Positions 49,329-59,174 of a DNA stretch of 64,000 nucleotides are shown here, one piece after another (position 1 is the first letter of the stretch; each line of letters opens with the position of its first letter). The position numbers and the translations under genes are program-made. This DNA comes from Patescibacteria group bacterium. Lineage in GTDB: Bacteria > Patescibacteriota > Patescibacteriia > UBA9570 > JAHJKD01. The notes beneath the pieces are model-generated. The model saw only the letters and a program-made list of their open reading frames with translations. It did not search any database and was not told the origin of the DNA. The DNA lies in contig JAZDOC010000017.1 of the NCBI GenBank assembly GCA_043798935.1, positions 64,381-128,380 on the forward strand, in the 5' to 3' direction.

Positions 49329-51341
49329 TTACTCTAAATGAATAGTTTTAATAAAGTTATTCAGCTTAATTTGTACTAATGGAAATTTAGATATATCATC
49401 AATAATCTCTTCAGCGGCTTGTTTGGCTGAGGAGATTAATTTATGGTCAGCAAGGTTGGCGACTTTTAAGGTGCTGATAAAGCCTGATTGTTCTTTTCCA
49501 TAAACATCGCCCGGGCCGCGAAGATTAAGATCATATTCAGCTAATTTAAAGCCGTCATTGCTCTTAACCAAAGCGTTTAAGCGTTTAATAGTGTTAGCAG
49601 TTTTAGAAGATGTAAAAAGCAGACAATAAGATTGTCTATCACCGCGCCCCACACGTCCGCGAAATTGGTGGAGCTGAGCCAGGCCGAAACGGTCCGCGTC
49701 TTCAATCATCATGATCGTGGCATTTTTAATATCCACGCCGACTTCTACTACTGAAGTGGCGACGAGAATGTCTATTTTTTTATTTTGAAAATTTTCCATG
49801 ATTAATTCTTTATCCCGCGGTTTGAGCTTGCCGTGAAGCTTGGCGATTTTATATTCACTGAATATTTCTTGTTTTAATCTTTCATATTCTTGTTCAACCG
49901 ATTTTACGCCCAGCTTATCGGATTCATTGACTAGCGGGCAAATTACAAAAACTTGTTCACCACTAGCGATTTTCTTTTTTATAAAATTATAGGCGTCAGC
50001 GCGTTTAGATTCATTAACTAAGCGAGTAATAATTTTTTTTCGCCCCTTAGGCATTTCATTAATAATAGATAACCCCAAGTCGCCATAAACAGCGAGGGCC
50101 AGGGTGCGGGGGATGGGGGTAGCGGTCATCGAAAGCAGATGCAATGTAGTATGTGGGTCGCCAGATTTGTCTTGCAGGGCTTTTCTTTGGGCCACGCCAA
50201 AACGATGCTGTTCATCCACTACGGCTAAAGCCAGATTATTAAATTTAATTTTTTGTTGAATTAAAGCGTGCGTGCCCACAATAATTTTGCGGTCGGAAGA
50301 TATTTTTTTATGGTGGCGCGTAACAAGTGCAACGTTTTCAGCACCGAATAGTTTTTTTAGATTTTCATAATGTTGGGTGGCCAAAATCTCTGTCGGTGCC
50401 ATTAATAAAGACTCATAACCGCTAAGCGATGCATTATACATGGCGATGGCCGCTACTATGGTTTTACCAGAGCCCACATCTCCTTCAAGTAGCCGATTCA
50501 TGGGTTTAATGCCGGCCATGTCTTTAATAATCTGCCAAGCGCATTTTTTTTGCGCTACAGTTAGTTGAAAAGGTAATTTTTGAACAAACTCGCGCATTTT
50601 GAGTTCAGAAAAAGGAACATTAATGGCCTGTCGTTCATTTAAATCGCGTTTATTTTTTAAGTTGTAAAGAATAATAGTTAAGAGCTCATCAAAACCTAAG
50701 CGCCTTTTAGCTTGTTCTAAGCTTGCCCAAGAATCCGGAAAATGAATTTGTTTGAGCGCCTTTGATAATGGTAAAAGTTTATATTGAGAAATAATATCAT
50801 TTGGCAGCCAATCTATAACCAGCGATGTTGAGGGAGTAATTTGACTCATCAAAAAACTAACCTGTTTTTGAGTAATACCCTCGGTTAACGAATAGATAGG
50901 AACAATGCGGGCAGTATGAGCGGTTTCTATTTTAACTTTTTCATAAATCGGATTGTTAAAATGACAGCCGTATTGGTTGGCTACAGTTTTTCCGGATAAA
51001 AAAATTTCGTCGCCGGCTTTTAATACTTTAGCTGTAAATGGTTGGTTAAACCAGATGGCTTTTATGGAACCGGTTTGGTCGCGGATCACAGCTTCGGTCA
51101 GAGTCATGCGTCGTTTCCAGCTGCGCCGTGCTTTAATCAGTTCAATCTGTCCGCGTACGGTTGTCTGCTGGCCCGGAATTAAATTTTCTATGTCGCAGAT
51201 TTCCGAAAAATCTTCATAGCGGTGAGGGAAATAAAAAACAAGATCAAGCGTGGTCGCTAGATCTAATTTACGAAGTCGTTTATCTAGCATGCGCCCGACG
51301 CGATTTAAAGAAGCTAGAGGTTGAATAAACGTGTTGTTCAT
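49329..51341 (-). CDS. recG: ATP-dependent DNA helicase RecG
   Basis: OB wedge; MNRLLEGDVGSGKT, DEQHRFGV, MTATPIPRTL, QLHQFRGRVGR. Confidence 0.97.
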   Translation of the reverse strand: MNNTFIQPLASLNRVGRMLDKRLRKLDLATTLDLVFYFPHRYEDFSEICDIENLIPGQQTTVRGQIELIKARRSWKRRMTLTEAVIRDQTGSIKAIWFNQPFTAKVLKAGDEIFLSGKTVANQYGCHFNNPIYEKVKIETAHTARIVPIYSLTEGITQKQVSFLMSQITPSTSLVIDWLPNDIISQYKLLPLSKALKQIHFPDSWASLEQAKRRLGFDELLTIILYNLKNKRDLNERQAINVPFSELKMREFVQKLPFQLTVAQKKCAWQIIKDMAGIKPMNRLLEGDVGSGKTIVAAIAMYNASLSGYESLLMAPTEILATQHYENLKKLFGAENVALVTRHHKKISSDRKIIVGTHALIQQKIKFNNLALAVVDEQHRFGVAQRKALQDKSGDPHTTLHLLSMTATPIPRTLALAVYGDLGLSIINEMPKGRKKIITRLVNESKRADAYNFIKKKIASGEQVFVICPLVNESDKLGVKSVEQEYERLKQEIFSEYKIAKLHGKLKPRDKELIMENFQNKKIDILVATSVVEVGVDIKNATIMMIEDADRFGLAQLHQFRGRVGRGDRQSYCLLFTSSKTANTIKRLNALVKSNDGFKLAEYDLNLRGPGDVYGKEQSGFISTLKVANLADHKLISSAKQAAEEIIDDISKFPLVQIKLNNFIKTIHLE

Positions 51342-51417
51342 TGGTGCCCTCGGCAGGAATTGAACCTACGACCTTTCCGACCGCAACGGAACGCTCTATC
51401 CACTGAGCTACGAAGGC
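51342..51417 (-). tRNA. tRNA-Arg(GCG), CCA encoded
   Basis: GCCTTCGTAGCTCAGTGGATAGAGCGTTCCG-TTGCGGT-CGGAAAGGTCGTAGGTTCAATTCCTGCCGAGGGCACCA cloverleaf. Confidence 0.93.
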
Positions 51418-51422
51418 AAAAC

Positions 51423-51923
51423 TTAGATTTTCATTATTCTTCCAAGTTGGTCGCTGGGAGAAATATATTTTTCTTGCAAATCTTCCTTAATATATTTTAG
51501 CAATGCTTTTCTGATATACACCGGATTCATTTTAATAAGCGGAATTGAAAGTTCGGGTTTTATTTTGCTATCAATATGAAAATAAAGATTTTTAACATAA
51601 GGCGGTTCATAAATAATCCAGAAACGCTCGATATTTTTATAAGGAATAAATTTTTCTTCGAGTATTATGCCATCTTCGGCAATATAGAAATTCAATAAAT
51701 TGGGGTGTCGTTTTTCGTGAATGGTAATGATAGCTGTGAGGATAATTATAATAACCGCAAAAAGAAAATTACTTACCCAAAGTGCATAAGTAAATAACCC
51801 TAAGCCACCAACAATAAACACAACATACCACCAAACAGATTTGGCATAGTGTTCATGTTCGGGGATTTGCCATTGAGCTAATATTTTACCAAAAGTATTA
51901 TTATTTTCCATGTTATTACGCAT
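51423..51923 (-). CDS. Hypothetical two-TM membrane protein with a PH-like C-terminal domain
   Basis: WQIPEHEHYAKSVWWY, two TMs, FYIAEDGIILEEKFIPYKNIERFWI. Confidence 0.8.
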   Translation of the reverse strand: MRNNMENNNTFGKILAQWQIPEHEHYAKSVWWYVVFIVGGLGLFTYALWVSNFLFAVIIIILTAIITIHEKRHPNLLNFYIAEDGIILEEKFIPYKNIERFWIIYEPPYVKNLYFHIDSKIKPELSIPLIKMNPVYIRKALLKYIKEDLQEKYISPSDQLGRIMKI

Positions 51924-51984
51924 TAATTTTTATTACTCCCAGTATATCATTTTGTTTGATTTTTTTCAATTTATTCGTGTGATT

Positions 51985-52653
51985 TCAGGGGAGATTTTCG
52001 GTTAGCTTGCTGGTTTCTAAACCTCGGGTAAAGACATTAAAATCATTTTTAAAAGCTTTTTGCGCAATATGGTAAATGCCATAAGTGATAAAAAAGGCTG
52101 AGAAAACGTCGATCGAATAGTGTAAATGACCTAAAATAACCGTAATCGCGGCTAAAATTGATGAAGTCAAGAAAATAATTTTTAAATATTTATTTTTCCA
52201 AAATAGTAATGCTAATAAAAATGGCAGGCCCGTGTGTCCGGAAAAAAATAGATCTGCACCTGAAGTGATATATTTTAAGTGATCTAAATCAGGAATTATA
52301 TGGTCCGGATAAGGAGCGAGATGTGTCATGCTTACAAAAATTGAACGAACACAAATAAATAAAGCCACACTTTTTAAAGTAAAGGGGATAGTAGCCGGTT
52401 CAGCTAAAAGTAGAATTGTAACAAAAATAATAAAAAATAACACACCTTCACTGAATATTAAATCCAAATTTACAACCGGTAAATTTTGAAGCAATATATC
52501 GGTAGTAGCGTTTCCCGCGCGTGCGGTTGAGTAGAGAACCGCACCATAATTTATAAAAAAACTAATTGCAAAAAAAATTAAACTCATAATTACCGATAAT
52601 AAAAAAGAACGGTCGTCCCATAATAGTTTGTGTTTGGTAATTAAGCGTTTCAT
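51985..52653 (-). CDS. PAP2-superfamily (sphingomyelin-synthase-like) membrane phosphotransferase/phosphatase
   Basis: DLFFSGHT and HYSIDV motifs; ~6 TMs. Confidence 0.85.
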   Translation of the reverse strand: MKRLITKHKLLWDDRSFLLSVIMSLIFFAISFFINYGAVLYSTARAGNATTDILLQNLPVVNLDLIFSEGVLFFIIFVTILLLAEPATIPFTLKSVALFICVRSIFVSMTHLAPYPDHIIPDLDHLKYITSGADLFFSGHTGLPFLLALLFWKNKYLKIIFLTSSILAAITVILGHLHYSIDVFSAFFITYGIYHIAQKAFKNDFNVFTRGLETSKLTENLP

Positions 52654-52675
52654 GGTTTGGAGCTAATTAATAAAA

Positions 52676-54082
52676 TTAAAGATGTTTGAATTTATGTTCG
52701 TGAAAATATTCGGACGGCGAAAAACTATCATTAAAAAAATATTTGGCATTGGCCGTTAATTCATAAAGTTCGTTTCTAACAAAAACTTTCGGTTCAGGCT
52801 TAGAAGCTATAATTGAGCTGAAAATTACTAGTAATAAAACGCTGGCCGTAAAACAAACAGCTATTATTCTTTTACTTGGCGTCCAGGTGGGAATATAATT
52901 TGAATTTTTTTGATGTTCTTTAATAACGCGATCGTAGATTGATTCAAAAGCTTGCAGGGTTTTATTAATGGCATGTGTCTGAATAATTTCTAGGCTTTTT
53001 TCTTGCATGCTTCTTTTTAAAGTATCATTTGAAAGAATTTTTATAATATGATTAGCTATCATTTCACTATTGCCGTCGTCAAACAAATAGCCGTTTTCAC
53101 CATCATGGACCAGTTCGGGCAAAGCCATGGCGTTAACAGCCACTACCGGCAAACCCGAAGCCAAAGCTTCCATGGTTACAATGCTTTGTAATTCGGCCAC
53201 GCCGGCGATTACAAACACGTCTCCCACATGATAGACATTTTCCAGATCAACATCAGGAATAAAACCCGTAAAGGTCACTGATTCACCAATATTTAATTTT
53301 TGGGTTAAATTTTCGAGTTTAGGTCTTTCTTTGCCTAAACCGGCTAAAACCAAATGGGCGTTTATTTGTTTTAAAATTATCGGTAATGATTGGATAATGG
53401 TTTCCACTCTTTTTTCTTTATCTAAGCGTCCCACATAGAGAATTATTTTTTTATTCGTGGGTATGTGATAGCGCTCCTTAAGATATAAGCCGTCGTTAGT
53501 GGGTTTAAATTTATTTAAATTAATACCGCAGGAAAGTGGCAGAATTTCTTTCTCATAACCGGCTTTTTTTAATAAGTTAGCCGCTGTTATAGTGGGGGTG
53601 GTAACATAATCGAGCTGATTAAAAACTTTAATGCATTGTTTCCAGCCGATTTTAATTAAAAGTTTTTCAATAGCTATTGGCATGTGAAAATAATGAACTA
53701 AATTTTCGGGCATGAAATGATTAGTGCCGATAATCGGAATATCTAATTTTTTTGCCATGGCTGTAACCGCTTTACCGATTATAAAATGATTCTGAATATG
53801 AATAATATCCGGAGAAATTTTTTCCACCAGTTTATTTATAGTTCTTTTAGAAATAATCAGTGGCGATATTCTAAATTTTTCATAGACTGGCAAGTGAATA
53901 GAATGGACGCCGTAAACTTTAACCCCTTTATCAATAGTAATGGTGTTTTGCATTGATAAAGACGGGCATATTACCGATACGTCGTGGCCTCTTTGCGCTA
54001 AATCATTGGCTAAGCGGTATGTAAAATACGCCGCCCCATTAACATTAGGGTGATAAATATCGGTGGCAATAAGTATTTTCAT
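52676..54082 (-). CDS. GT4 glycosyltransferase (diacylglycerol glycosyltransferase-like) with C-terminal TM
   Basis: MKILIATDIYHPNVNGAA, YVGRLDKEKR, ELQSIVTMEALASGLPVV. Confidence 0.9.
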   Translation of the reverse strand: MKILIATDIYHPNVNGAAYFTYRLANDLAQRGHDVSVICPSLSMQNTITIDKGVKVYGVHSIHLPVYEKFRISPLIISKRTINKLVEKISPDIIHIQNHFIIGKAVTAMAKKLDIPIIGTNHFMPENLVHYFHMPIAIEKLLIKIGWKQCIKVFNQLDYVTTPTITAANLLKKAGYEKEILPLSCGINLNKFKPTNDGLYLKERYHIPTNKKIILYVGRLDKEKRVETIIQSLPIILKQINAHLVLAGLGKERPKLENLTQKLNIGESVTFTGFIPDVDLENVYHVGDVFVIAGVAELQSIVTMEALASGLPVVAVNAMALPELVHDGENGYLFDDGNSEMIANHIIKILSNDTLKRSMQEKSLEIIQTHAINKTLQAFESIYDRVIKEHQKNSNYIPTWTPSKRIIAVCFTASVLLLVIFSSIIASKPEPKVFVRNELYELTANAKYFFNDSFSPSEYFHEHKFKHL

Positions 54083-54094
54083 ATAAATGATTTT

Positions 54095-54682
54095 TTATTT
54101 TTCTTCAGCGTATTTTTGGCTGATTTTTTTAATGATGAAATAAATAATAATCAACATTATGGCCAGCGTACCCATTATAACAGATGTAAAATTAAGGTAT
54201 TCGCCGAGCTGTATATAAGCTTGGCCAAAATAATAACCAATTAATATAAAGAAAAATGATTTAAAAACTGTGGGCACAAAAGCATAAAAAATAAATTTTT
54301 GATAAGGAACTTTGGCCATACCGGCGGCTATCAAAAATGGCATTTCCAAAGAATAAGCGAGTTTTCCTAGAATAATTGTTTTGGCACTATGCTTGCCAAA
54401 ATGATGCTCGAGTTTGATTATTTTTTCAGCATGCAAACCGATATACTTTCCCCAGCGTTCTATAAAGCTAATTCTACCCCAGCGACCGAGCATGTAAGAA
54501 ACTGAATCGCCCGTAAGATCGCCCACAACTACAACGCAGTAAGTTATAAATAAATTTAAAAAGTTCATGGAAGCCAGCCACCCGGCAATAACCGTAATGA
54601 CTGGTCCTTCGACTACAACAATAGGAAATAGAAAAAAGTATTTATAAGCAGTTAGCAAAATAATGATTCTAGAAAATGACAT
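54095..54682 (-). CDS. DedA family membrane protein
   Basis: EGPVITVIAGWL, GDLTGDSVSYMLGRWG, AAGMAKVPYQKF. Confidence 0.9.
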   Translation of the reverse strand: MSFSRIIILLTAYKYFFLFPIVVVEGPVITVIAGWLASMNFLNLFITYCVVVVGDLTGDSVSYMLGRWGRISFIERWGKYIGLHAEKIIKLEHHFGKHSAKTIILGKLAYSLEMPFLIAAGMAKVPYQKFIFYAFVPTVFKSFFFILIGYYFGQAYIQLGEYLNFTSVIMGTLAIMLIIIYFIIKKISQKYAEEK

Positions 54683-54712
54683 AATAGTCTACGTTGCACA
54701 TGTTCTGAAAAA

Positions 54713-54803
54713 TGGCGGAAGGGGCGAGATTCGAACTCGCGGGACTCTTTTGGAGTCCAACGGTTTTCAAGACCGTCGCATTCAACCGCTCTGCCACCCT
54801 TCC
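54713..54803 (-). tRNA. tRNA-Ser(TGA), CCA encoded
   Basis: GGAAGGGTGGCAGAGCGG...ACGGT-CTTGAAA-ACCGT, long variable arm, GAGTTCGAATCTC, CCTTCCGCCA. Confidence 0.95.
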
Positions 54804-54848
54804 AAATTTTCAAAAGCCAGACAAAGCTTTCGCTCCGAAAAACGAAGG

Positions 54849-54935
54849 CGGAGAGGAAGGGATTCGAACCCTTGGAACCCGTAAAGGCTCAACATCTTAG
54901 CAGGATGCTGCTTTCAACCGCTCAGCCACCTCTCC
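54849..54935 (-). tRNA. tRNA-Ser(GCT)
   Basis: GGAGAGGTGGCTGAGCGG...GCATC-CTGCTAA-GATGT, long variable arm, GGGTTCGAATCCC, CCTCTCCG. Confidence 0.95.
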
Positions 54936-54997
54936 ATATTGGTGATATTTCAAAATATCACCTGATTAATATATCAGTTTACGAAAGATTAGTCAAT

Positions 54998-55636
54998 CTA
55001 CCCCTTGGCAACCGTAGCAGCCCAAATTTCCGCTATTTGGAGGGGTTTTAAAGCCTGAATAACCTGATTAATAGTATTTCCGGTTGTATATACATCATCA
55101 ATAATTAACACTCTTTTTCCAACTAATGATAAATTTGGATTAATTATACTAAAAGCCTGCTTAGTATTGGCAAACCGCTCGGCTTCGCTTAATTTAGCCT
55201 GAGCGTGCGTATATTTTTGACGATAAACAATATCGGTTCGAAGCTGGCCAACTTTAGCCATAGCCAGTTTAGTAGCAATGAGCTCGGCCTGATTAAACCC
55301 CCGTTCCCGTAAGCGCTTTCTATGTAAAGGCACGGGAATAATATAATCAAACTTTTCATGGATAACCGATATCAATTCAACGGCTAATATATCGGCGATT
55401 TCTTGGCTATAACCGTATTTATATTGATGAATTATTTTTTGGATAATTTTATTGGCATACGGCGCCAAGTAAAATAAACCGGCTAGATCGCTATTTTTCG
55501 GAAAATAGATTTTTTGCGGTTGAAGCATTTGTTGTTTGCATTTTTCACACAACCAAACATCGTAAACGTTTTCACAGTTTACACATTGAATCGGAAATAA
55601 TAAATCCTTAAGCCAATTAATTATTTGTTTTATCAT
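54998..55636 (-). CDS. comF: ComF family competence protein (zinc finger + PRTase)
   Basis: LLFPIQCVNC..LCEKC, PVPLHRKRLRERGFNQAE, VLIIDDVYTTGNT. Confidence 0.92.
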   Translation of the reverse strand: MIKQIINWLKDLLFPIQCVNCENVYDVWLCEKCKQQMLQPQKIYFPKNSDLAGLFYLAPYANKIIQKIIHQYKYGYSQEIADILAVELISVIHEKFDYIIPVPLHRKRLRERGFNQAELIATKLAMAKVGQLRTDIVYRQKYTHAQAKLSEAERFANTKQAFSIINPNLSLVGKRVLIIDDVYTTGNTINQVIQALKPLQIAEIWAATVAKG

Positions 55637-55650
55637 AATGTAATATTATT

Positions 55651-55780
55651 TATTTTCTTACCGCCCACGGGCACTTTTTTTAACGCCCACGGGCATGAAG
55701 CCCGGAGCTATTTTTTAATTAATTTAGCCCCGCCCTTTACCTGCCCGCAATGCCATGCGTGGCAGGCGGGTGGGCGTGGG
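55651..55780. repeat. Cluster of TAGCCCCG REP-like palindromes with a nested 31-nt CCTGCC...GGCGGG hairpin
   Basis: CGCCCACGGGCATGAAGCCCGGAGCTA (55684-55710) and TAGCCCCGCCCTTTA[55740-55770]TGGGCGTGG. Confidence 0.8.
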
Positions 55781-55792
55781 CGAGGAATGAAC

Positions 55793-55826
55793 AAAAAAAC
55801 AACCCTCTCAAAAAAGAAGAGGGTCG
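55793..55826 (-). terminator. Terminator after clpC
   Basis: Minus strand GACCCTCTTCTTTTTTGAGAGGGTTGTTTTTTT. Confidence 0.65.
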
Positions 55827-55848
55827 CCTTGGATAACAGGTTATATGT

Positions 55849-58326
55849 TTATCGGGAAAAAGTCAATTTTTTGTTTTGATAGCCGATTTTAATGCTTTGA
55901 TTGGGTTTTAAATCGTCAGACAATATTTTTTCCGCTAATTGGTTTTCGATTAATTCTTGGATATTTTTACGAATGGCTCGGGCACCTTGCTCGGGGCTGA
56001 AACTTAGTTCGGCCAAGTATTTATAAACCAAGTTAGTGATCGATAATTTTATTTGCTTTTCTTTTAATCGATTTTGGAGTTCATTCATTTCAAGTTTTGC
56101 AATAGCGATAAGATCATTTAAAGTTAGCGGTTTAAAGACAATTGTTTTGTCGATCCGGTTTAAAAATTCCGGGCGGAATGTTTCTTTCAATTTTTTAAGA
56201 GCATGATTTTTCACTTCTTCATAAGCCGGGTTGTCTTTGTTTGCGGTTTCGCCAAAACCAATTTTAGCTTGTTGCTCAAACTCTTTTAAGCCCACATTAG
56301 ATGTCATTATAATAATGGCGTTTTTAAAATTGATTTGCCGGCCAGTGGCATCGGCTAATTGTCCATCTTCAAGTATTTGGAGTAATAAATTAAAAACATC
56401 GGGGTGCGCTTTTTCTATTTCATCAAACAGCACCACTGAATAGGGGTGTCTTTTTACCTGGTCGGTTAATTTCGCACCGTCTTTATAACCAATGTATCCG
56501 GCTGGCGCGCCGATCAATTTGGAGATATTAAACTTTTCTGAAAATTCCGACATGTCTATTCTAATCAGAGATTTTTTTTCACCGAATAATATTTTAGCCA
56601 ACTGTTTAGCCAGCTCGGTTTTACCCACGCCGGATGGGCCTAAAAATATAAATGAACCGGTTGGCCTGGTAGGGGAGGTTAAACCGGCGCGGGCACGGCG
56701 GATAAATTCGGAAATGGTTTTAGTGGCTTCCACTTGGCCGATAATACGCGCATTAAGTAGCTCATTTAAATGAAGGAGTTGGTTTTTTTCTTCAGCTACC
56801 AGTTCGCCAATGGGGATGCCGGTGATTTTAGAAATAATTTGGGCAATGTTTTTTTTGTCGATACTGCCGATAAATTTTTGTGGCCTGGAGTTTCGAGCTT
56901 GGCGGATTTTATTTATTTTTTCTCTGATTATTTCTTCCTGTTGTTTAACGGCTAAAGCCTGATCGAATTTTTCCTGCCTAACCATGGTTAATTTTTTTTG
57001 GCTGATGTCATCGAGCTCATGCTCCAAATTTCGAAGTGCCAAGTTTTCCGGATCAATGGGTTGGCTCACCTTGGTGCCGGCGGCCGCTTCATCAATTAAA
57101 TCTATGGCCTTGTCCGGCAAGAATTTATCTTGAATATAGCGCGTGGAAAATTTTACGGCCGCTAAGATAGCGTCGGCGGTTATATGAATATTATGGTAAT
57201 CTTCGTAATTTTTTTTGATGCCGGTAATAATTTGAATGGTCTCTTTTTCACTGGCTTCTTCCACAATAATAGGCCTAAAACGTCGCTCCAAAGCCGCATC
57301 AGATTCAATGTGCTTTTGATATTCATTTAAAGTGGTTGCCCCGATACAGCGAATATTACCTTTAGCCAAGCCGGGTTTTAAAATGTTAGCCGCGTCCATG
57401 GTACCGCCACCGGTTCCACCCGCGCCCGCGCCTATTAAAGTATGGATTTCATCAATAAACAATATTATTTTTTTATTTTTTTCCAGCTCATCAATAATTT
57501 GTTTGAAGCGCGATTCAAATTCACCGCGGTACATTGTTCCGGCTACTACTAGTCCTAAATCCAGCCGATATATTTGTTTGTCTAAAAGAATATCGGGCAC
57601 ATTTTTTTCCACAATTCTTTTAGCCAGCCCCTCGACGATAGCGGTTTTCCCAACGCCGGCTTCACCAATTAAAACCGGATTATTTTTTGTGCGGCGCGAC
57701 AAAACATGAATAACACGCTCAATTTCTTGGTCGCGTCCGATAACTGGATCAATTTTGCTTTGTGCGTTTTCAGCGCAAAGATTGGTCGCAAAAAATTCCA
57801 GTGCCGATGGACTAGCTTTATGTTCCGGGTCTAAAGCGCTCTCAGATTGCTCGTCGCCAAACACGGCCGCGATATCATTAAAGCGCCCGTTATTTTTTAA
57901 AATTTGTAAAATTTGCCGCGATAGCGATTCAACATTAATTTTATGTGCGATAAATAATTGTTTTAAATAGTTATCCGGATTTTGCAGTAAGGCCATTAAT
58001 AAATGTTCAGTGCCGATATAAACGTGATGATGGTTAAAAGCAACCAGGGCGGCTCTTTCAATGCTTTGGGTTGTAAGTGGCGACAATGGCGGAAAAGACG
58101 CGTTCAAGCTAACTTCTAAATTAACCAGAGATTGTTTTAAAATATCGGGCGTAATATTTGTTTTTCTAATTACTTCGGCCGCAATTGAACCTTTTTGTTC
58201 AGCCAGACCGATAAAAAGATGAATCGGCAGAACTTGTCGGTTTTTGTACTTCCAGGATAGATTAATGGCCCGGGCTAATGAATTTTTTAAATTTGAAGTG
58301 AATTTATTTAGAATGTCGAGCGGCAT
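55849..58326 (-). CDS. clpC: ATP-dependent Clp protease ATP-binding subunit ClpC
   Basis: Clp-N repeats, [11 protein letters not shown]-like linker, [24 protein letters not shown]. Confidence 0.93.
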   Translation of the reverse strand: MPLDILNKFTSNLKNSLARAINLSWKYKNRQVLPIHLFIGLAEQKGSIAAEVIRKTNITPDILKQSLVNLEVSLNASFPPLSPLTTQSIERAALVAFNHHHVYIGTEHLLMALLQNPDNYLKQLFIAHKINVESLSRQILQILKNNGRFNDIAAVFGDEQSESALDPEHKASPSALEFFATNLCAENAQSKIDPVIGRDQEIERVIHVLSRRTKNNPVLIGEAGVGKTAIVEGLAKRIVEKNVPDILLDKQIYRLDLGLVVAGTMYRGEFESRFKQIIDELEKNKKIILFIDEIHTLIGAGAGGTGGGTMDAANILKPGLAKGNIRCIGATTLNEYQKHIESDAALERRFRPIIVEEASEKETIQIITGIKKNYEDYHNIHITADAILAAVKFSTRYIQDKFLPDKAIDLIDEAAAGTKVSQPIDPENLALRNLEHELDDISQKKLTMVRQEKFDQALAVKQQEEIIREKINKIRQARNSRPQKFIGSIDKKNIAQIISKITGIPIGELVAEEKNQLLHLNELLNARIIGQVEATKTISEFIRRARAGLTSPTRPTGSFIFLGPSGVGKTELAKQLAKILFGEKKSLIRIDMSEFSEKFNISKLIGAPAGYIGYKDGAKLTDQVKRHPYSVVLFDEIEKAHPDVFNLLLQILEDGQLADATGRQINFKNAIIIMTSNVGLKEFEQQAKIGFGETANKDNPAYEEVKNHALKKLKETFRPEFLNRIDKTIVFKPLTLNDLIAIAKLEMNELQNRLKEKQIKLSITNLVYKYLAELSFSPEQGARAIRKNIQELIENQLAEKILSDDLKPNQSIKIGYQNKKLTFSR

Positions 58327-58329
58327 GAT

Positions 58330-59118
58330 TTATGTGTTTTTCTGTTTAAGGTTATTATATAAAACATAAGCGTAAATGGTAGTAATTGGCAGAGATAAAA
58401 TTATAGCAATCGGGTCGCCGTAGTTAGGGATAAATTTTAATAAAAAAGAAACAGTATAAATTACAGAATATAAAATGGCTAAGCGGATTAATATTGGCCA
58501 AAAATAATGTTTGCTTAAACGGAAACTTTTACGGATGGCCGACCAAGCGTCAGCTGATTGATCCACTATAAAATATGGAGCGAATAATAAAAATACCGAC
58601 ATTAACATATACGACAGTGTGGTAATATAAGATAAAAATGGAAAGATAGCATTTACCCACTCGGCGTTTATCAGGCCTAAAAGCGCAGTTAAAACTGTAA
58701 TAATAATATAATCAGCCAGAGTAACGATGCCGGCAATTAAAATAGTAAGCAAAGCTAAAATAATAAACGTTCCAAAAAATTCTAGTGATTGATAGATAAG
58801 GCGTGATATTTTTATATCAGCTTGCTTGATAGTTAATAATATCAAAGAGATAGTGCCCCAAAATTCAGCTATGATGATTATTAATAACGCAATGATTAAA
58901 AAATACACAAATCCGGATGAGGCATTAAAAAGCTCGGCCGGGTTATCTAGAAAAGAAGCCGAGAAGACGAACGATCCAAAAATTGCCCAACCAAAAGCAT
59001 AAATAATAAAAATTGGCACCGCGCTTACCAATATGAATTTGATAAAGTGATGAATTAATATTTTCCAAGCTTCATACCAGGTATCGGTGACGCTTAGCAT
59101 TTCGTAATGTTTTGACAT
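58330..59118 (-). CDS. Polytopic membrane protein
   Basis: ~6 TMs; FAPYFIVDQSADAWSAIRKSFRLSKHYFWPI motif. Confidence 0.75.
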   Translation of the reverse strand: MSKHYEMLSVTDTWYEAWKILIHHFIKFILVSAVPIFIIYAFGWAIFGSFVFSASFLDNPAELFNASSGFVYFLIIALLIIIIAEFWGTISLILLTIKQADIKISRLIYQSLEFFGTFIILALLTILIAGIVTLADYIIITVLTALLGLINAEWVNAIFPFLSYITTLSYMLMSVFLLFAPYFIVDQSADAWSAIRKSFRLSKHYFWPILIRLAILYSVIYTVSFLLKFIPNYGDPIAIILSLPITTIYAYVLYNNLKQKNT

Positions 59119-59174
59119 AGTAATCTATTATTAGAAATTATTATTAATAATGTTAAATTATTTTGAAACGCGCG

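Noticed and set aside
51985-54803. tRNA-Ser-integrated genomic island
   Set aside because: No duplicated tRNA 3' end and no integrase seen
54663-54900. Short plus-strand ORFs (73 and 62 aa)
   Set aside because: Antisense translations of the two tRNA-Ser genes
55625-55879. 84-aa plus-strand ORF
   Set aside because: Runs across REP-like repeats and the clpC terminator; likely spurious
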